This document shows, piece by piece, positions 31,308-32,960 of a stretch of DNA of 32,960 nt (position 1 is its first letter; every line of letters begins with the position of its first letter). The notes under the pieces are model-generated. The model saw only the letters and a list, made by a program, of their open reading frames with translations. It had not been told where the DNA came from and did no database searches. Source of the stretch: Octopus bimaculoides (Eukaryota); NCBI RefSeq assembly GCF_001194135.2, contig NC_068996.1, positions 39,532,783-39,565,742 on the forward strand, written 5' to 3'. Both the position numbers and the translations under genes were made by a program.

Positions 31308-31894
31308 ATGAGAAAAACATACATACACGCAGGTATGTCATACATACTCATATCCAGTCAGGGAAACCTTCTGGCACAGGTACATATCATCATCATCATC
31401 ATCATCGTTTAACGTCCGCTTTCCATGCTAGCATGGGTTGGACGATTTGACTGAGGAATGGTGGACCAGGAGGCAACACCAGGCTCCAATCTAATTTGGC
31501 AGAGTTTCTACAGCTGGATGCCCTTCCTAACTCCAACCACTCAGAGAGTGTAGTGGGTGTTTTTACGTGCCACCGGCACAAGGGCCAGTTAGGCAGTACT
31601 GGCAACGGCCACACTCAAATGGTGTTTTTTACGTGCCACCTGCACAGGAGCCAGTCCAGAGGTACTGGCAATGCCCTATAATATATATATATATAAAATA
31701 CAATTAAGATTTAGTTGAATTAGGTACTTACATTTAGGCACCTTGCTAGTTTGGTATAGTCCACATACCCCAACAATATTATTTGAATATTGAATATCAA
31801 GATTCCATATAGGGGTGTTTATATCTAATATTCCTGTTGTGTGTGAGAACAATACAACCCAGCTAAGGGAAGATGTCTGCTCTTGGTAATTCAG

Positions 31895-32111
31895 ATTCTT
31901 TTATTCTTTTACTTGGTTCAGTCATTTGACTGAGGCCATGCTGGAGCACCACCTTTTAGTTGAGCAAATCAACCCCAAGACTTATTCTTTGTAAGCCTAG
32001 TACTTATTCTAGCAGTCTCTTTTGCCGAACCTCTAAGTTACGGGAACGTAAACACACCAGCATTGGTTGTCAAGCGATGTTGAGTGGGGGACAAACACAG
32101 ACACAGAAACA

Positions 32112-32168
<57 letters not shown>

Positions 32169-32335
32169 GATGGGCTTCTTCCAGTTGCCATCTACCAAAT
32201 ACACTCACAAGGCTTTGGTCGGCCCGAGGCTATAGTAGAAGACACTTTGCTCAAGGTACTACACAGTGGGACTAAACCTGGAACCATGTGGTTGGTAAGC
32301 AAGCTATTTACCACACAGCTACTCCTGCGCCTGTA
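31895..32335 (-). mobile_element. SINE family 1, full length with internal (CA)n
   Basis: ttcttttacttggttcagtcatttgactgaggccatgctggagcacc...ccacacagctactcctgcgcc. Confidence 0.85.
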
Positions 32336-32704
32336 CTTTTTATGTATAGGTACTTTCTATAGTATTTCCGAAGAGCAGATTCCAAGTTAGGTGAACAGAA
32401 CATAAATAACATCATTGTTATTTATATAAATATATCATGTGATCATGTCACATGACCAACCCAGCTATCAAATGTTACACATCGTTGGTCACAATGCATT
32501 TTGCCTTGTTTTAGCCTTCGAATGACGCCACCCTTTGAATGAACAGGCCAACATTCCCCATTGATCGAAAGTGGAGACTGGAGCAATGTGAAATGAAGTG
32601 TTTTGCTCAAGAACACAATGTGCTACCCAGTAGAAGACACTTGCCCATGGTTTCACACAGTGGGACTGAACCTGGAACCATGTGGTTGGAAAGCAAGCTT
32701 CTTA

Positions 32705-32935
32705 TTTCTTTATTGCTCACAAGGGGCTAAACACAGAGGGGACAAACAAGGACAGACAAAGGGATTAAGTCAATTAGATCAACACCCAGTGCCTAACTGG
32801 TACTTATTTAATCAACCCCGAAAGGATGAAAGGCAAAGTCGACCTCGGTGGAATTTGAACTCAGAATGTAACGGCAGACGAAATACCACTAAGCATTTTG
32901 CCGGGGTGCTAACATTTCTGCCAGCCCGCCGCCTT
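32705..32935 (-). mobile_element. SINE family 2, tail type C, nested in a family 1 SINE head
   Basis: agcaagcttctt|atttctttattgctcacaagggg...gccagcccgccgcc|ttcttaccacacagcc; short cttctt/ctt duplication. Confidence 0.85.
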
Positions 32936-32960
32936 CTTACCACACAGCCATGCCTGCACT

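Overview
Repeat-rich, gap-containing eukaryotic scaffold, probably Octopus (inferred from the SINE families and microsatellite load). No intact host gene is recognisable. The window is mostly decayed transposons: three copies of a gag-like/Tx1-type ORF1 element (CCHC knuckle), a Helitron helicase scrap, a Merlin transposase split by a 2.6-kb hAT that itself carries a pogo-like insertion, an intron-containing Tc1 (DD34E), several MITEs with clear TIR/TSD, Penelope-like fragments (one with a minimal hammerhead-ribozyme fold), many tRNA-derived SINEs and microsatellites. Best lead: an element of about 1.65 kb that encodes ORF1 only (no ORF2). It sits at the same base (TGCTTAG-CGGT-ATTTC, 4-bp CGGT duplication) in two SINE copies with different subfamily features, and it shares its 3' tail with a third variant of that SINE. 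This suggests a SINE-targeting non-autonomous non-LTR element linked to the SINE through a common LINE partner. Family names come from motif recognition only, with no database searches. Boundaries without a TIR or TSD are approximate.
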